NCBI GenBank assembly: GCA_001447805.1
Contig: CP013099.1
Span: 3,395,181 to 3,459,180 of the forward strand
Reading direction: 5' to 3'
Source: Candidatus Tenderia electrophaga
GTDB lineage: Bacteria; Pseudomonadota; Gammaproteobacteria; Tenderiales; Tenderiaceae
DNA length: 64,000 nucleotides
Part shown: piece after piece, positions 39,624-49,798 of the stretch
Layout of the letters: each line of letters starts with the position of its first letter
Position numbering within the stretch: position 1 is the first letter of the stretch
The notes under the pieces: generated by a model
Told to the model about the DNA's origin: nothing
What the model saw: the letters and a program-made list of their open reading frames with translations, nothing else
The model's database searches: none
Program-made: the position numbers and the translations under genes

Positions 39624-40044
39624 GGGAGGGTATCTGAAGACCGGATTGCTTGCCTGCGTGTGTTTGTTGTTCGCGGCCTGTATGGGGTCGCCGGGCGCCG
39701 ATGCCGGGCGCCAGGTGGCGGAGCGTTACTACCAGACCATGCAGCAGACGGATATCGACGCCGCCTTGAAACTGTTTTCCGACAATCGTGCGCCGGAGTT
39801 CTGGCGCTCGCATCTGCACAACATCGCCGAGTCATTGGGGGCGGTAAAGCGCTTTGAATACAAGCGCGAGGAAGTGAATACCGTGTTCAGCGGCCGCTAT
39901 TATATTTTCGAATACCAGGTTGTTTATGAGTCCGGAAAACAGGCCAAAGAGACCCTGACCCTATTCGACTCAGTCGAAGCCGATGATCACCCCCGAATCG
40001 CAGCACATGTGATCGCGGCGGAAGGTTTCAAGCCAAGCTTGTAA
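39610..40044 (+). CDS. Lipoprotein of unknown function, overlapping the end of the sulfotransferase gene
   Basis: Lipobox LLFAAC/M. About 145 aa. Confidence 0.5.
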   Translation: MMVNEGGYLKTGLLACVCLLFAACMGSPGADAGRQVAERYYQTMQQTDIDAALKLFSDNRAPEFWRSHLHNIAESLGAVKRFEYKREEVNTVFSGRYYIFEYQVVYESGKQAKETLTLFDSVEADDHPRIAAHVIAAEGFKPSL

Positions 40045-40412
40045 GTTCGTCGTTATTGCCGCAGAAGCGCCGTATCAGGGCGTGCGACCACGCCGCGCTG
40101 CATGTGCCACGCCTGCATATAACGCTCCAAGACGAAAAAATTCACAGTCGTCGCTGGGTGGCTGGCGGCGTGGCCCGGCGCGCATAGTGACAGCGGCGCT
40201 AATAAATTCTGATCCTCTTGCCTGATTTATTTGAATACTCAGGTTTACTTTACTTGAGCGCTTGTGTCAGGATGATTTGACACCAACCCGGGTATGGGCA
40301 AGACGGGCTTGGCGAACGCCTCGCTCCCGCCGCTAATAATAAAAGAGAGCGAGTGCATGCAAACGCAGCGGTATTGCGTCGAACATTCAACAACCCAGGG
40401 GGATTGTTTGTT

Positions 40413-41663
40413 ATGGAAATTGCGCAAGCTGTGGTCGATGTCAATGCCCTGCCGGAGTCCTCGGCTACGGAACCCTTGATCCGCATCGGACACGACGGTG
40501 TCTCCATTACCATCCTGGGCACCGCCCACGTATCGCGCAACAGCGCCGATACGGTCACATCCCTGATTGCCACCGGTCGGTATGACGGCGTAGCCCTGGA
40601 GTTATGTGAAAATCGTCTCAACGCCCTGACCGATCCCGATGCCATCAGTCGCATGGATATCATGCAAGTGGTGCGCAAGGGCAAGGGACCTATGGTGATG
40701 GCCAGCCTGGCCTTGGGGGCGTTTCAGAAGCGCATCGCCGATCAACTCGACATCGAAGTAGGCGCCGACATGCGCGCCGGCGCCGAGTCCGCCGAGGCCC
40801 ATAACCTGCCCCTGATGCTGATCGATCGTGATGTCGGTATCACCATGAAGCGTATTTATCGCAATGTGCCCTGGTTCAAACGCGTCAAGGTCTTGGCCGG
40901 CCTGTTGGCCAGCGTCATCGCCCGTCGCAGCGTTTCGGCAGAAGAGGTCGAGCGTCTTAAGCGGGGTGACATGCTCGAATCCACGTTCAACCAGTTCGCC
41001 GAGCACTCGGCAGAAATCTATAAACCCCTGGTGGACGAGCGTGATCAGTACATGGCTGCACGCCTCATTGAAGAGGCCAGGTTTTCGGGCTGCAAGCATA
41101 TCCTGGCGGTGGTCGGCGCCGGTCATCTCAAGGGCATCCGCCAGTACCTGGATACAACAGGTGAGCGCTACATCACCGAACCCGAACAATGCCAGCAGCA
41201 ACTCGATCAGGTGCCGCCGGCGGGCAATCTACTCAAGCTGCTGCCCTGGCTCATCGTGGCGCTGATACTAACCGGCTTCGCTATCGGGTTTTCCCAAAGC
41301 AGCAACGTTGGCTGGGGAATGGTGCAACAGTGGGTGGTGATCAACGGCACCCTGGCGGCGATCGGGGCGCTGATCGCCTTGGCCCATCCGCTGACCATCG
41401 TCAGCGCCTTTGTGGCGGCGCCGTTAACCTCGCTCAATCCCACCATCTCGGCCGGGGTGGTATCGGCGGCGGTGGAGAGCTTCTTGCGCAAACCCAGGGT
41501 GGGTGATTTCAGCCGCTTGCGTGATGACGCCTGTCGTATCGGCGGGTGGTGGAGTAACCGCGTCGCGCATACCTTTGTCGTCTTTTTTCTGACCGGTTTG
41601 GGTTCGGTCGTCGGGACCTATATCGCCGGTTACAAGATCTTCGAGGCCATTGCCGTCGTATAG
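40413..41663 (+). CDS. TraB/GumN-family protein with C-terminal transmembrane segments
   Basis: Conserved ILGTAHVS N-terminal motif and GAGHL block. AGGGGG ribosome-binding site before the ATG at 40413. Confidence 0.7.
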   Translation: MEIAQAVVDVNALPESSATEPLIRIGHDGVSITILGTAHVSRNSADTVTSLIATGRYDGVALELCENRLNALTDPDAISRMDIMQVVRKGKGPMVMASLALGAFQKRIADQLDIEVGADMRAGAESAEAHNLPLMLIDRDVGITMKRIYRNVPWFKRVKVLAGLLASVIARRSVSAEEVERLKRGDMLESTFNQFAEHSAEIYKPLVDERDQYMAARLIEEARFSGCKHILAVVGAGHLKGIRQYLDTTGERYITEPEQCQQQLDQVPPAGNLLKLLPWLIVALILTGFAIGFSQSSNVGWGMVQQWVVINGTLAAIGALIALAHPLTIVSAFVAAPLTSLNPTISAGVVSAAVESFLRKPRVGDFSRLRDDACRIGGWWSNRVAHTFVVFFLTGLGSVVGTYIAGYKIFEAIAVV

Positions 41664-41693
41664 AGACAGCGCGCATTTCTCCTGTCGCGGGCG

Positions 41694-42419
41694 TTAATCG
41701 ACAAAGGGCCCGTACTGAATAATCGGTTCGCCATGCGGCTGACCGTAACACAGCATCAGGCGGGTGTGACCGGTGGACTCAATCTTGATTTCGCTCTCAT
41801 TTTCGAAGAAGGCCGCATCGGCGGCGACGAATGTCTGTCCCTGGATTGTACTCTCGCCCTCGACCACGTAGACAAGCCCGCGCATCGCGCCATCAATGGC
41901 TGCCGTATAATGGGCGCCGTCGTGGAGCTGCAGTTCCAGATAGCGCATAGGTGTCAAAATATTGAGCGGTGAGTCCGCGCCGACAATGGTTTTGACCTGG
42001 CCGCCGTCGATATCGTCGACGGGGAACTCGTCGTGATTGACTTGTTGATAGCCGGGGTCGGTCTGCTTCAAACGTTGCGGCAGATTAATCCACAACTGAA
42101 TGCCGCGGGTGGGATTGTCTTCATTCGGCATTTCGGAATGAACCAGTCCGCTGCCCGCGGTAAAGCGTTGGGCGCCGCCACTCTGCACCGTCGAAGCGTT
42201 GCCGAGATTGTCTTCGTGGCGAATCGAGCCGCTGAATAGATAAGTGATGGCCTCAAAACCACGGTGGGGGTGTTCCGGAAACCCGTGTCCCGGGGTGACG
42301 GTGAAGTCGTCCCACAGCACGAACGGGTCAAAGTTCCGAAACGCGGGAATGGGCATCAGGCGCTTTACCACTACGCCGTCACCTTCGTGCATTTCAGTTG
42401 CGCTACGTTTTTTGATCAT
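41694..42419 (-). CDS. Pirin-family protein
   Basis: Bicupin. Metal-binding motif HPHRGFE..TY and second cupin. Confidence 0.8.
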   Translation of the reverse strand: MIKKRSATEMHEGDGVVVKRLMPIPAFRNFDPFVLWDDFTVTPGHGFPEHPHRGFEAITYLFSGSIRHEDNLGNASTVQSGGAQRFTAGSGLVHSEMPNEDNPTRGIQLWINLPQRLKQTDPGYQQVNHDEFPVDDIDGGQVKTIVGADSPLNILTPMRYLELQLHDGAHYTAAIDGAMRGLVYVVEGESTIQGQTFVAADAAFFENESEIKIESTGHTRLMLCYGQPHGEPIIQYGPFVD

Positions 42420-42452
42420 GGTGCTTGCTCCGGCTGCGGCGCCTTGTAGGCG

Positions 42453-42689
42453 TCATCCCTGGCTGTGGCTTCCGTCGCAGAAGGGTTTGTTACCGGAGTT
42501 GCCGCAACCGCAGACGTATAGAGTCTCATCCTGTGTCGCCTCGTATTCGTAGGGTTGCGCCGGCGGATGATCGATATGGGAGCCGTCACAAAAAGGCGCA
42601 TTCTTGCTGTGGCCGCATTGGCAAATATAGGCGCTGTCGCCTTGGCCGATTTTGATGGTGTAGGGATTGCCCTGCTCATACATGTTCAT
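42453..42689 (-). CDS. CDGSH iron-sulfur domain protein (two CDGSH motifs)
   Basis: CQCGHSKNAPFCDGSH and CGCGNSGNKPFCDGSH. Its start overlaps the yqjG stop (ATGA). Confidence 0.8.
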   Translation of the reverse strand: MNMYEQGNPYTIKIGQGDSAYICQCGHSKNAPFCDGSHIDHPPAQPYEYEATQDETLYVCGCGNSGNKPFCDGSHSQG

Positions 42690-43690
42690 GCGAATTTCCT
42701 TTTCTTGGTGTTGTCGAGGCGATCGCGGTTATGGGGCGCCATAAAATCCAGTGCCGGTCCGCGCGGCACAATCCGGGTGGGATTCACCGTTGTTTGGCTG
42801 TAATAGTAATGCTGCTTGATATGGGTCATGTTGACGGTGTCTTGAATGCCCCCGACTTGGTACAGCTCGCGTAGATAATCGCCAAGATTTTGATAATCGG
42901 CGATACGTCTTTGGTTGCATTTGAAATGGCTGTAATACACGGCGTCAAAGCGAACCAGGGTGGTGAATAGACGCCAGTCGGCTTCGGTGAGGCGCGCGCC
43001 GACCACATAACGCTGGCGCGCGAGTCTGGCCTCAAGCTCATCGAGCGCGCCGAACAATTGCTCAAAGGCTTCATCATAGGCGCTTTGCTCGGTGGCAAAT
43101 CCGCAGCGATAGACGCCGTTGTTGATGTTCTCATAAACGAAGGCGTTGATTTCATCGATGTCCCGGCGCAGGGCCTCGGGATAAAAATCGTTGTCCGCAT
43201 CTGTCAGGCTGCTGAAGGCATCGTTAAACATGCGGATGATCTCCGCAGACTCGTTGTTGACGATGGTGTGTCCTTGCTTATCCCACAGCACCGGCACGGT
43301 GACGCGCCCGCTGTAGTCGGGTTGAGTGTGAGTGTAAAGTTGATGCAGATAGTCATGACCGTTGATGTTATCCAGGTCGCTGCCGAGGTTGCCGGTAAAG
43401 GCCCAGCCGTGTTCCAGCATGTGCGGGTCCACCACCGTGACGCCGATATGCGGTTCCAGGCGTTTCAGCGTGCGCATGATCAAGGTTCGATGCGCCCAGG
43501 GGCAGGCCAGGGAAACATATAAGTGATAACGCCCGGATTCGGCCTTAAAACCGCCTTGGCCGCTGGGGCCGGGGGCACCGTCGCGTGTCACCCAGTTGCG
43601 AAACTGTGATTCACTGCGGACGAATTTGCCGCCGGTCTTTTGGGTGTCGTACCACTGGTCGTGCCATTCGCCTTTAATCAATAACCCCAT
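42686..43690 (-). CDS. yqjG: Glutathionyl-hydroquinone reductase (Xi-class GST)
   Basis: GRYHLYVSLACPWAHRTLI active-site Cys-Pro-Trp. Full-length collinear match to YqjG/ECM4. Confidence 0.85.
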   Translation of the reverse strand: MGLLIKGEWHDQWYDTQKTGGKFVRSESQFRNWVTRDGAPGPSGQGGFKAESGRYHLYVSLACPWAHRTLIMRTLKRLEPHIGVTVVDPHMLEHGWAFTGNLGSDLDNINGHDYLHQLYTHTQPDYSGRVTVPVLWDKQGHTIVNNESAEIIRMFNDAFSSLTDADNDFYPEALRRDIDEINAFVYENINNGVYRCGFATEQSAYDEAFEQLFGALDELEARLARQRYVVGARLTEADWRLFTTLVRFDAVYYSHFKCNQRRIADYQNLGDYLRELYQVGGIQDTVNMTHIKQHYYYSQTTVNPTRIVPRGPALDFMAPHNRDRLDNTKKRKFA

Positions 43691-43758
43691 CGAGGACTCC
43701 TTGTGGCATAAACAATCATGTGGAAACGCCCCTCCCCCGAGAGGAGAGGGGCACTACT

Positions 43759-44184
43759 TTACATCGCCGGCGACTGACTGTGCTGTCCATGCCCGTGTTT
43801 GTGGGCGCGCCGCGCGTCCAGGCTCCAGGCCCCGGCGCCATAGGCGGCGACATACAGCAGACCGCCGGTCATGGCGATGTTCTTCATGAACATGATCATT
43901 TGCGTCTGCTCGGCAAAGTTGGTGTGAAAGAACAACGCGGTGAGGATGGTAAAACCCGCCAGGCCCAAGGCGGCCCAGCGTGTCTGCCAACCCAGGATCA
44001 AGGCCAACGCGCCGCCGATTTCCACTAAAATCACCAGTGGCAGCAACATGCCGGGCACGCCCATGGATTCCATATAGCCCTGGGTGCCGGCATAACCAGT
44101 GATCTTGGTGGTCCCCGCGATAAGAAAAATATGTGCCAAAAATATTCGGCCGATAAGTGAGGCTGTCTTTTCCATACTCTCCAT
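43759..44184 (-). CDS. DoxX-family membrane protein (YqjF-like)
   Basis: Four transmembrane helices. DoxX motif region (GRIFLAHIFLIAGTTKI). Lies upstream of yqjG as in E. coli. Confidence 0.75.
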   Translation of the reverse strand: MESMEKTASLIGRIFLAHIFLIAGTTKITGYAGTQGYMESMGVPGMLLPLVILVEIGGALALILGWQTRWAALGLAGFTILTALFFHTNFAEQTQMIMFMKNIAMTGGLLYVAAYGAGAWSLDARRAHKHGHGQHSQSPAM

Positions 44185-44288
44185 CTCCTTTTGGTTGAAT
44201 GCGCTACAAGCTCATTATGGCCAAATATTTTCGATATTAAAGCCTAAATACTTGCTATTTATTATCTAAATATTGGATACTTTTCGCC

Positions 44289-45179
44289 ATGAAGGGCCCC
44301 AAAGTCACCCTCGAGCAATGGCGCGCGCTGCAGACCGTGGTGGATCAAGACGGCTTTGCCCAGGCCGCCCAGCACCTGCATCGCAGCCAATCTTCCATCA
44401 GCTATACCATCGCCAAGCTGCAGCAGCAGCTCGGCGTACAGTTGCTGCAGATTGAAGGGCGCAAGGCCAAGTTGACGGCCGCCGGCGACGTCCTGTTGCG
44501 GCGCTCGCGTGCGCTGCTTGCCGACGCCGCCGAGCTCGAGGCACTGGCCCACAACCTGGAACAGGGTTGGGAGCCCGAGGTACGCCTGGTGGTGGATGCG
44601 GCCTTCCCCAGCGGCTATCTCATGCAAGCCTTGAAAGAATTCGTGCCCCTCAGTCGCGGCAGCCGGGTGCAGCTGAACGAAGTGGTGTTGTCGGGGGCGG
44701 ACGAGGCGCTGCTGGAACGGCGCGCCGACCTGGTCATCGGCGCCCAGGTGCCACAGGGCTATTTGGGCGACCCGTTGCTGGAAGTGGAATTTATCGCCGT
44801 GGCCCATCACCAGCACCGCCTGCACCGCCTCAATCGCGAACTCACTCATGAAGATCTGCGCCGCGAACTGCAGGTGGTGATTCGCGACTCCGGACTTTAT
44901 ATCAAGCGCGACACCGGTTGGTTGGGTGCCGAATATCGTTGGAGCGTCACCAGCATTGATAAGGCGGTGGAGGCCCTGCTGACCGAACTCGGTTTCGCCT
45001 GGGTGCCCGTGCACGAGGTGCAGGACTACCTGGAACAGGGCCAGCTCAAGCCCCTGCCGCTGCGCGAGGGGCGCCATCGCTTTGTCACGCTGTACCTGAT
45101 TCCCGGTCATCCCGAGCGCATCGGCCCCGCGACCAGCAAGCTGGCAGATATTTTTCGCCGGACCTGTGCACATGAATGA
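44289..45179 (+). CDS. LysR-family transcriptional regulator, divergent from doxX-yqjG
   Basis: N-terminal wHTH ([46 protein letters not shown]). LysR substrate-binding domain. Confidence 0.8.
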   Translation: MKGPKVTLEQWRALQTVVDQDGFAQAAQHLHRSQSSISYTIAKLQQQLGVQLLQIEGRKAKLTAAGDVLLRRSRALLADAAELEALAHNLEQGWEPEVRLVVDAAFPSGYLMQALKEFVPLSRGSRVQLNEVVLSGADEALLERRADLVIGAQVPQGYLGDPLLEVEFIAVAHHQHRLHRLNRELTHEDLRRELQVVIRDSGLYIKRDTGWLGAEYRWSVTSIDKAVEALLTELGFAWVPVHEVQDYLEQGQLKPLPLREGRHRFVTLYLIPGHPERIGPATSKLADIFRRTCAHE

Positions 45180-45642
45180 CGTCAATCAAGCCTGTCCTTG
45201 TGGGTCCGGCCGGTCATTTGATCAGTGTTGCGGCGCCTGGATAGAGGGTGATGCATACCCGCCCCGCGCCGAGCAACTCATGCGTTCGCGCTATTGCGCA
45301 TTTGTATTAGGGAATAGCAACTATCTGTTGCAGACCTGGCACGCCGATACCCGCCCCGCGCAGCTGGTGTTGAGCCCTGACGTCAGCTGGTTCGGCCTCG
45401 AGATCGTCGCCATCGAGGCCGGCGAGGCGCAGGACAGTGAAGGCCGGGTCGAGTTTATGGCTAAATTTAACGGACACGATCGGCTACAATATTTACACGA
45501 GCGTAGCCGTTTCGTGCGTGAGGACGGGCGATGGTTCTACGTCGACGGCGAGAGTGTGCCGCAGGCCAAGGCGCCGAAGATCGGCCGCAACGAACCCTGC
45601 CCCTGCGGCAGCGGAAAAAAATATAAGCGTTGCTGTGGTTAA
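45172..45642 (+). CDS. ychJ: YchJ-family (UPF0225) protein with SEC-C motifs at both ends
   Basis: CPCGSG...CCG at the N-terminus and [14 protein letters not shown] at the C-terminus. Collinear with E. coli YchJ. Possible GTG start at 45166. Confidence 0.75.
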   Translation: MNDVNQACPCGSGRSFDQCCGAWIEGDAYPPRAEQLMRSRYCAFVLGNSNYLLQTWHADTRPAQLVLSPDVSWFGLEIVAIEAGEAQDSEGRVEFMAKFNGHDRLQYLHERSRFVREDGRWFYVDGESVPQAKAPKIGRNEPCPCGSGKKYKRCCG

Positions 45643-45669
45643 AACGCTGCTCACCTTAACGAGAAGGGT

Positions 45670-45882
45670 ATGAGTCTGAGCGAGGAAGAGATCGAACAGA
45701 TCAAACAAAAACTGGCGGTGCTTAAGATCGAGCATCGCGATCTGGACACCGCCATCGGCAGTCTGCAGCAACAAGCCTATGTCGATCAGATGCAAATGCG
45801 GCGCATGAAAAAGCGAAAACTTTTTTTAAAAGACATGATCCATAGACTGGAAAGCATGTTGATTCCCGACATGCCCGCCTGA
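45670..45882 (+). CDS. DUF465/YdcH-family small coiled-coil protein
   Basis: 70 aa, LKIEHRDLD...MKKRKL pattern. Confidence 0.55.
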   Translation: MSLSEEEIEQIKQKLAVLKIEHRDLDTAIGSLQQQAYVDQMQMRRMKKRKLFLKDMIHRLESMLIPDMPA

Positions 45883-45895
45883 TTACGGGAGACCT

Positions 45896-46294
45896 ATGAG
45901 CAAGAAGATTTCAAAAACCGATGCCGAATGGCAGGCCCAACTGACGCCGGAGCAATATCGTATTGCCCGCCAGGCCGGCACCGAGCTGGCCTTCAGTGGT
46001 GAGTACTACGATTTTAAACAGGAAGGTCAGTACCGCTGTGTGTGTTGCGGGACGCCGCTGTTCAGTTCTCAACACAAATATGATTCAGGCAGCGGTTGGC
46101 CCAGTTTCTGGCAGCCGGCCGACGCGCAAAACGTCGAAGAGCAGGGCGATACCAGCCACGGTATGCAACGTACCGAAGTGCGCTGTGCCGCTTGCGAGGC
46201 ACACCTCGGCCATGTTTTCAACGATGGTCCACCGCCCACCGGCTTGCGCTATTGCATCAATTCGGCCGCCCTCACGTTCGCGCCGGACCAATAG
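45896..46294 (+). CDS. msrB: Peptide-methionine (R)-S-oxide reductase
   Basis: Two CxxC zinc motifs. Catalytic RYCINSAAL. Confidence 0.9.
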   Translation: MSKKISKTDAEWQAQLTPEQYRIARQAGTELAFSGEYYDFKQEGQYRCVCCGTPLFSSQHKYDSGSGWPSFWQPADAQNVEEQGDTSHGMQRTEVRCAACEAHLGHVFNDGPPPTGLRYCINSAALTFAPDQ

Positions 46295-46432
46295 TCAGGT
46301 CACGAAATTGATCCCCTGCCGCGTCGGCGGCCTCTGGCAAGCGACGCTTTTCACGCCTGCCGCATGTGCGGCCGGCCTATCGAACGCGTATATGCAATAA
46401 TCTAAATCTCAACAATCATTGTATACCGCGTC

Positions 46433-46837
46433 ATGTCATTGGCCGAACTGAGCGCAAAGGAACTGCTAAGTATTATCACCCACGTCAAACAGTGGGTGGG
46501 CAATCTGCGCCGTGCCAAGCAACAACGCAAACAGGAATCGAAACAGGCCTTGCGTGCCGTCATCTCGGCGGTGCGCGAAACCACGGTCTATCTGCGCAGC
46601 CTGAAACAGGGCGGCAACAAATCCATCGACAAGGAAGAGCGCTTGTCGCTCAAGTGGACACAGCTGGCCTTCGCGCTGGAAGACCTGGGCCTGCACAAGC
46701 TGGCCGGCCGCTGTAGCATGAAGGGGCGTTACTGGGCCAACCCGGCCGACTTCGACACCGATTTTCTGGAGCAGGCCGGCATGCGTCTGAGCGACATCGA
46801 GACCCTGGCGCAGACGAGTCTGGCCGAGCTCGAATAG
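46433..46837 (+). CDS. Hypothetical protein, 134 aa, no recognisable domain
   Basis: ORF preceded by an AT-rich stretch. Basic helical N-terminal half. Confidence 0.35.
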   Translation: MSLAELSAKELLSIITHVKQWVGNLRRAKQQRKQESKQALRAVISAVRETTVYLRSLKQGGNKSIDKEERLSLKWTQLAFALEDLGLHKLAGRCSMKGRYWANPADFDTDFLEQAGMRLSDIETLAQTSLAELE

Positions 46838-46838
46838 T

Positions 46839-47531
46839 TTATTGCGCCGCTTTGACCAGCAAGGTGACGCGCCGATTGCGCGCCCGCCCCGCCGGCGAGC
46901 TGTTGTCGGCCACCGGTCGGGTATCGGCATAGCCGATGGCGCGCAGGCGTTCGGCGGGGAGGCCCTGGCGGATGAGATGGCGCACCACCTGGGCGGCGCG
47001 CGCCCCGGACAATTCCCAGTTGGACGGAAAGCGGGCGGTGGCGATGGGCCGGTTGTCCGTATGGCCTTCCACGGTGACGGCCTGGCCGCTGCGCATCAGG
47101 GCGGGGGCCAGTGCGTTCAACACGGCTTCGCCCTGGCCCAGCAAGCGCGCCGTGCCGCTGTCGAACAGGATCTCTTCTTCCAATTGCAGACTGATCCCCG
47201 CAGCACTCGCGGAGATGGCGAGCTGGCCCTGTTCTACCAGGCCGGCGAGTTGTTGCTGAAACCGGGCCAACAGCTGATCCTGCGCGCTCACCGTGCCGGT
47301 ATCCGCCGCCCGGGTGGCCACGGCGTTTTCCTGCCGCGGCGCGGAAAAGCTCAGCATTACCACGAACATCACCACCAGCAGGGTGAACAGGTCGACATAG
47401 CTGAGTATCCAGCTGTCATCGTCCTGGCCGCCGGGCTCGGCCGCTTCCAAGGCGATGTCGCGCCGCACTGGCGCCGGCGGCGGATCATTGGCGGCGGCTG
47501 CGCCGGTCTGGGGCTCGTCGTCCTGGATCAT
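46839..47531 (-). CDS. MotB/MotD-like OmpA-domain stator protein (second stator set)
   Basis: Single transmembrane helix (LFTLLVVMFVVML). OmpA-like C-terminal domain (VEGHTD...SGARAAQV...RRV). Its start overlaps the upstream stop. Confidence 0.7.
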   Translation of the reverse strand: MIQDDEPQTGAAAANDPPPAPVRRDIALEAAEPGGQDDDSWILSYVDLFTLLVVMFVVMLSFSAPRQENAVATRAADTGTVSAQDQLLARFQQQLAGLVEQGQLAISASAAGISLQLEEEILFDSGTARLLGQGEAVLNALAPALMRSGQAVTVEGHTDNRPIATARFPSNWELSGARAAQVVRHLIRQGLPAERLRAIGYADTRPVADNSSPAGRARNRRVTLLVKAAQ

Positions 47532-48331
47532 GAGGACTGTTTTGCCGGCGGCGACGCGCGGTCTTGATTGATCTCGTCGCGGTAGTCGGCGCAGAACGAT
47601 TCCAGGGTGGCGCGGATATAGGCCGGTGAGCGGTGCTGGCTGATCAGGGTGATGCCCTCAAGCACCATTTGCATCAGCATGACGCGCCGCTCGGTGCGTC
47701 GCTCCAACTTGGTGGCGATGGGTTTGAAAATGAGATTGGCCAACAGGATGCCGTAGAAGGTGGTCACCAGGGCCACCGCCATGCTGGCGCCGATAACGGC
47801 GAAATCACCGCTTTCCATGGTGCTCATCATATTGATCAACCCGATCAGCGTGCCGGTCATGCCGAAGGCCGGGGCGAACACGGCCATGCTGCGGAATAGC
47901 TGGGCCTCGGCGCGCTCTTTGGCCTTGAGGCGGGCGATGCGCCACTGCAGCAGGTCGAGAATATCCTCTAGCGGACTGCCGTCGATGACCAATTGCAGGC
48001 CGGTCTTGAGAAAGGGGTTCCTGATCTTATCCAGCTCATCTTCCAGTGCGGCCAGGTTGCCGCTGAAGCTGATGCGCGCCGTCTCCACCAATTCGTCCAG
48101 ATCCTCGCGTTCGTAGAGACGCTCGTTGCGCAGCACCACGATAAACACGTGCAACACGCGCACTACTTCGTGCAGGGGATAGCTGATCAGGGTGGCGGCG
48201 AGGGTGCCGCCGAGCACGATGGCCAGGCCGTGGCCGTTCCAGAACAGCGCCAAATTGGTGCCGTCGCTGAACATGACCACGGCGGCCAGGGCGATACCCA
48301 GTAGCATGCCGAGTAAGGTGCTGGGATTCAT
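47528..48331 (-). CDS. MotA/TolQ/ExbB-family proton channel (second stator set, MotC/PomA-like)
   Basis: 2+2 transmembrane topology. Conserved C-terminal transmembrane pair (AFGMTGTLIGLINMM...ALVTTFYGILLANLIFKP). Confidence 0.7.
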   Translation of the reverse strand: MNPSTLLGMLLGIALAAVVMFSDGTNLALFWNGHGLAIVLGGTLAATLISYPLHEVVRVLHVFIVVLRNERLYEREDLDELVETARISFSGNLAALEDELDKIRNPFLKTGLQLVIDGSPLEDILDLLQWRIARLKAKERAEAQLFRSMAVFAPAFGMTGTLIGLINMMSTMESGDFAVIGASMAVALVTTFYGILLANLIFKPIATKLERRTERRVMLMQMVLEGITLISQHRSPAYIRATLESFCADYRDEINQDRASPPAKQSS

Positions 48332-48567
48332 GAGCTGCTGCCGACCATCCTTGAGAAAGCGTCACGCCGTCGTTAATTGCCTGTTTGCATATCGGCCGTT
48401 TCGGTGCCGCACTCCAATCGTCCGCGCCGCCGCCTGTCCGCCCCCCCTGGCCCGTCTCGTGACGCGCGGTGGTGGGAAACGCGCCTGGCGGCGGCTCAAT
48501 TTTTCCCCATTTCTGCCGTAACTTATTGTAAGAATGTGGATTTTACTGTGGTGAGTGGCTTGCCCGG

Positions 48568-49782
48568 ATGTCGTATAAGCTTCTGAAATCAATCGCTAAA
48601 TTGACGGCTGTACGCTATTGGCTGGGCGCCGTGCTGCTGTGCGGCGCCGCTCCCGCCGGGGCGGTGACCTATGTGCTGCCCGACACAGACGACGTCATCG
48701 GCCAGGTGCAATACGCCCGCGCCCAGGCCTCCGATACCCTGCTCACGCTGGCCCGCCAATACGATGTGGGTTACGCCCAGATCAAGGCGGCCAATCCCGA
48801 CATCCTCGACCCGACCAGGCTTGAGGCGGGGCGGCGCGTCGTCATCCCGACCCGCTTCGTGCTGCCCGCCGGCGCGCGCCGCGGTATTGTGGTCAATCTC
48901 GCCGAGCAGCGCCTGTATCACTATCAATATCCGCCAGAGGGGCCGGCCCTGGTGAGTACCTATCCGGTCAGTGTGGGGCCGGAAGGCGGCGCCCGGCGCG
49001 GCAGTTTTGCTATCGATCAGCGGCTGCGCAAACCGAGCTGGGACGTGCCCGCCGCGGCCCGGGCCGCCAATCCATCGCTGCCGGCAGTGGTGCCGCCCGG
49101 AGCGACAAATCCCTTGGGTGAATACGCCCTGGTGCTCGACGGCGGCGGCTATATGATTCACGGCACCAACGAAGCCTATAGCATCGGCATGGTGGTCAGC
49201 CGCGGCAGTATTCGTCTGTACCCCGAAGACATGGCGGTGCTGGTGCACCGGGCCAATAAGGACACCCCGGTGCGCATCGTCGATGACGCCTTCAAATACG
49301 GCTATCGCAACGGCCTGTTGTATTTCGAGATCCACAAACCGGACGGCGTGCGCGGCGGGCTCAATCTGGCCGCCCTGGTGAACAAGGTGAGCGCCATTAT
49401 CCCCGACATGCTGTGGTCGGCCGACTGGCAGCGTATCCGCATGACCGGCGAACGAGCCGCGGGCATCGCCAGCCCGGTGGCCCGCTTGCGCGGCCAAGTG
49501 AGCCAGCCGCGGCGCTGGCAGTTGCAGCTGGCCACCTTCAAGCGCTACGCCAGCGCGCGCAAACTGATGCTGCAATTGGAGGAGCTGGGCGTGCCGGTGA
49601 GCAGCGCATGCGCGGGCGATAGGTGCCGGGTCATGGCCGGTCCGTTTCGTGATGTGGCCTATATGAAGGACTTGGCCAATCGCATCAAGTGGATTACCCG
49701 CATCAAGAGCATTACACGCCCCTACCAACCCGAAGAGGACGCATTGCCTGCGCTGGCGCAGACCGTGGCCATGTCCGATTAA
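48568..49782 (+). CDS. L,D-transpeptidase (YkuD domain) with an N-terminal LysM and a C-terminal SPOR-like domain
   Basis: Signal peptide. LysM (DTLLTLARQYDVGYAQIKAANP). YkuD catalytic region (YMIHGTNEAYSIGMVVSRGSIRL). C-terminal SPOR-like RWQLQLATFKRYASARKL. Confidence 0.75.
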   Translation: MSYKLLKSIAKLTAVRYWLGAVLLCGAAPAGAVTYVLPDTDDVIGQVQYARAQASDTLLTLARQYDVGYAQIKAANPDILDPTRLEAGRRVVIPTRFVLPAGARRGIVVNLAEQRLYHYQYPPEGPALVSTYPVSVGPEGGARRGSFAIDQRLRKPSWDVPAAARAANPSLPAVVPPGATNPLGEYALVLDGGGYMIHGTNEAYSIGMVVSRGSIRLYPEDMAVLVHRANKDTPVRIVDDAFKYGYRNGLLYFEIHKPDGVRGGLNLAALVNKVSAIIPDMLWSADWQRIRMTGERAAGIASPVARLRGQVSQPRRWQLQLATFKRYASARKLMLQLEELGVPVSSACAGDRCRVMAGPFRDVAYMKDLANRIKWITRIKSITRPYQPEEDALPALAQTVAMSD

Positions 49783-49798
49783 TCCCGGGCGGTGTAAG

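Noticed and set aside
46839-48331. Second MotA/OmpA-like pair as a Zorya-type (ZorAB) defence module
   Set aside because: Both proteins have ordinary stator sizes (267 and 230 aa). The MotA-like protein has no long C-terminal tail as in ZorA, and no ZorC/ZorD-like genes are adjacent.
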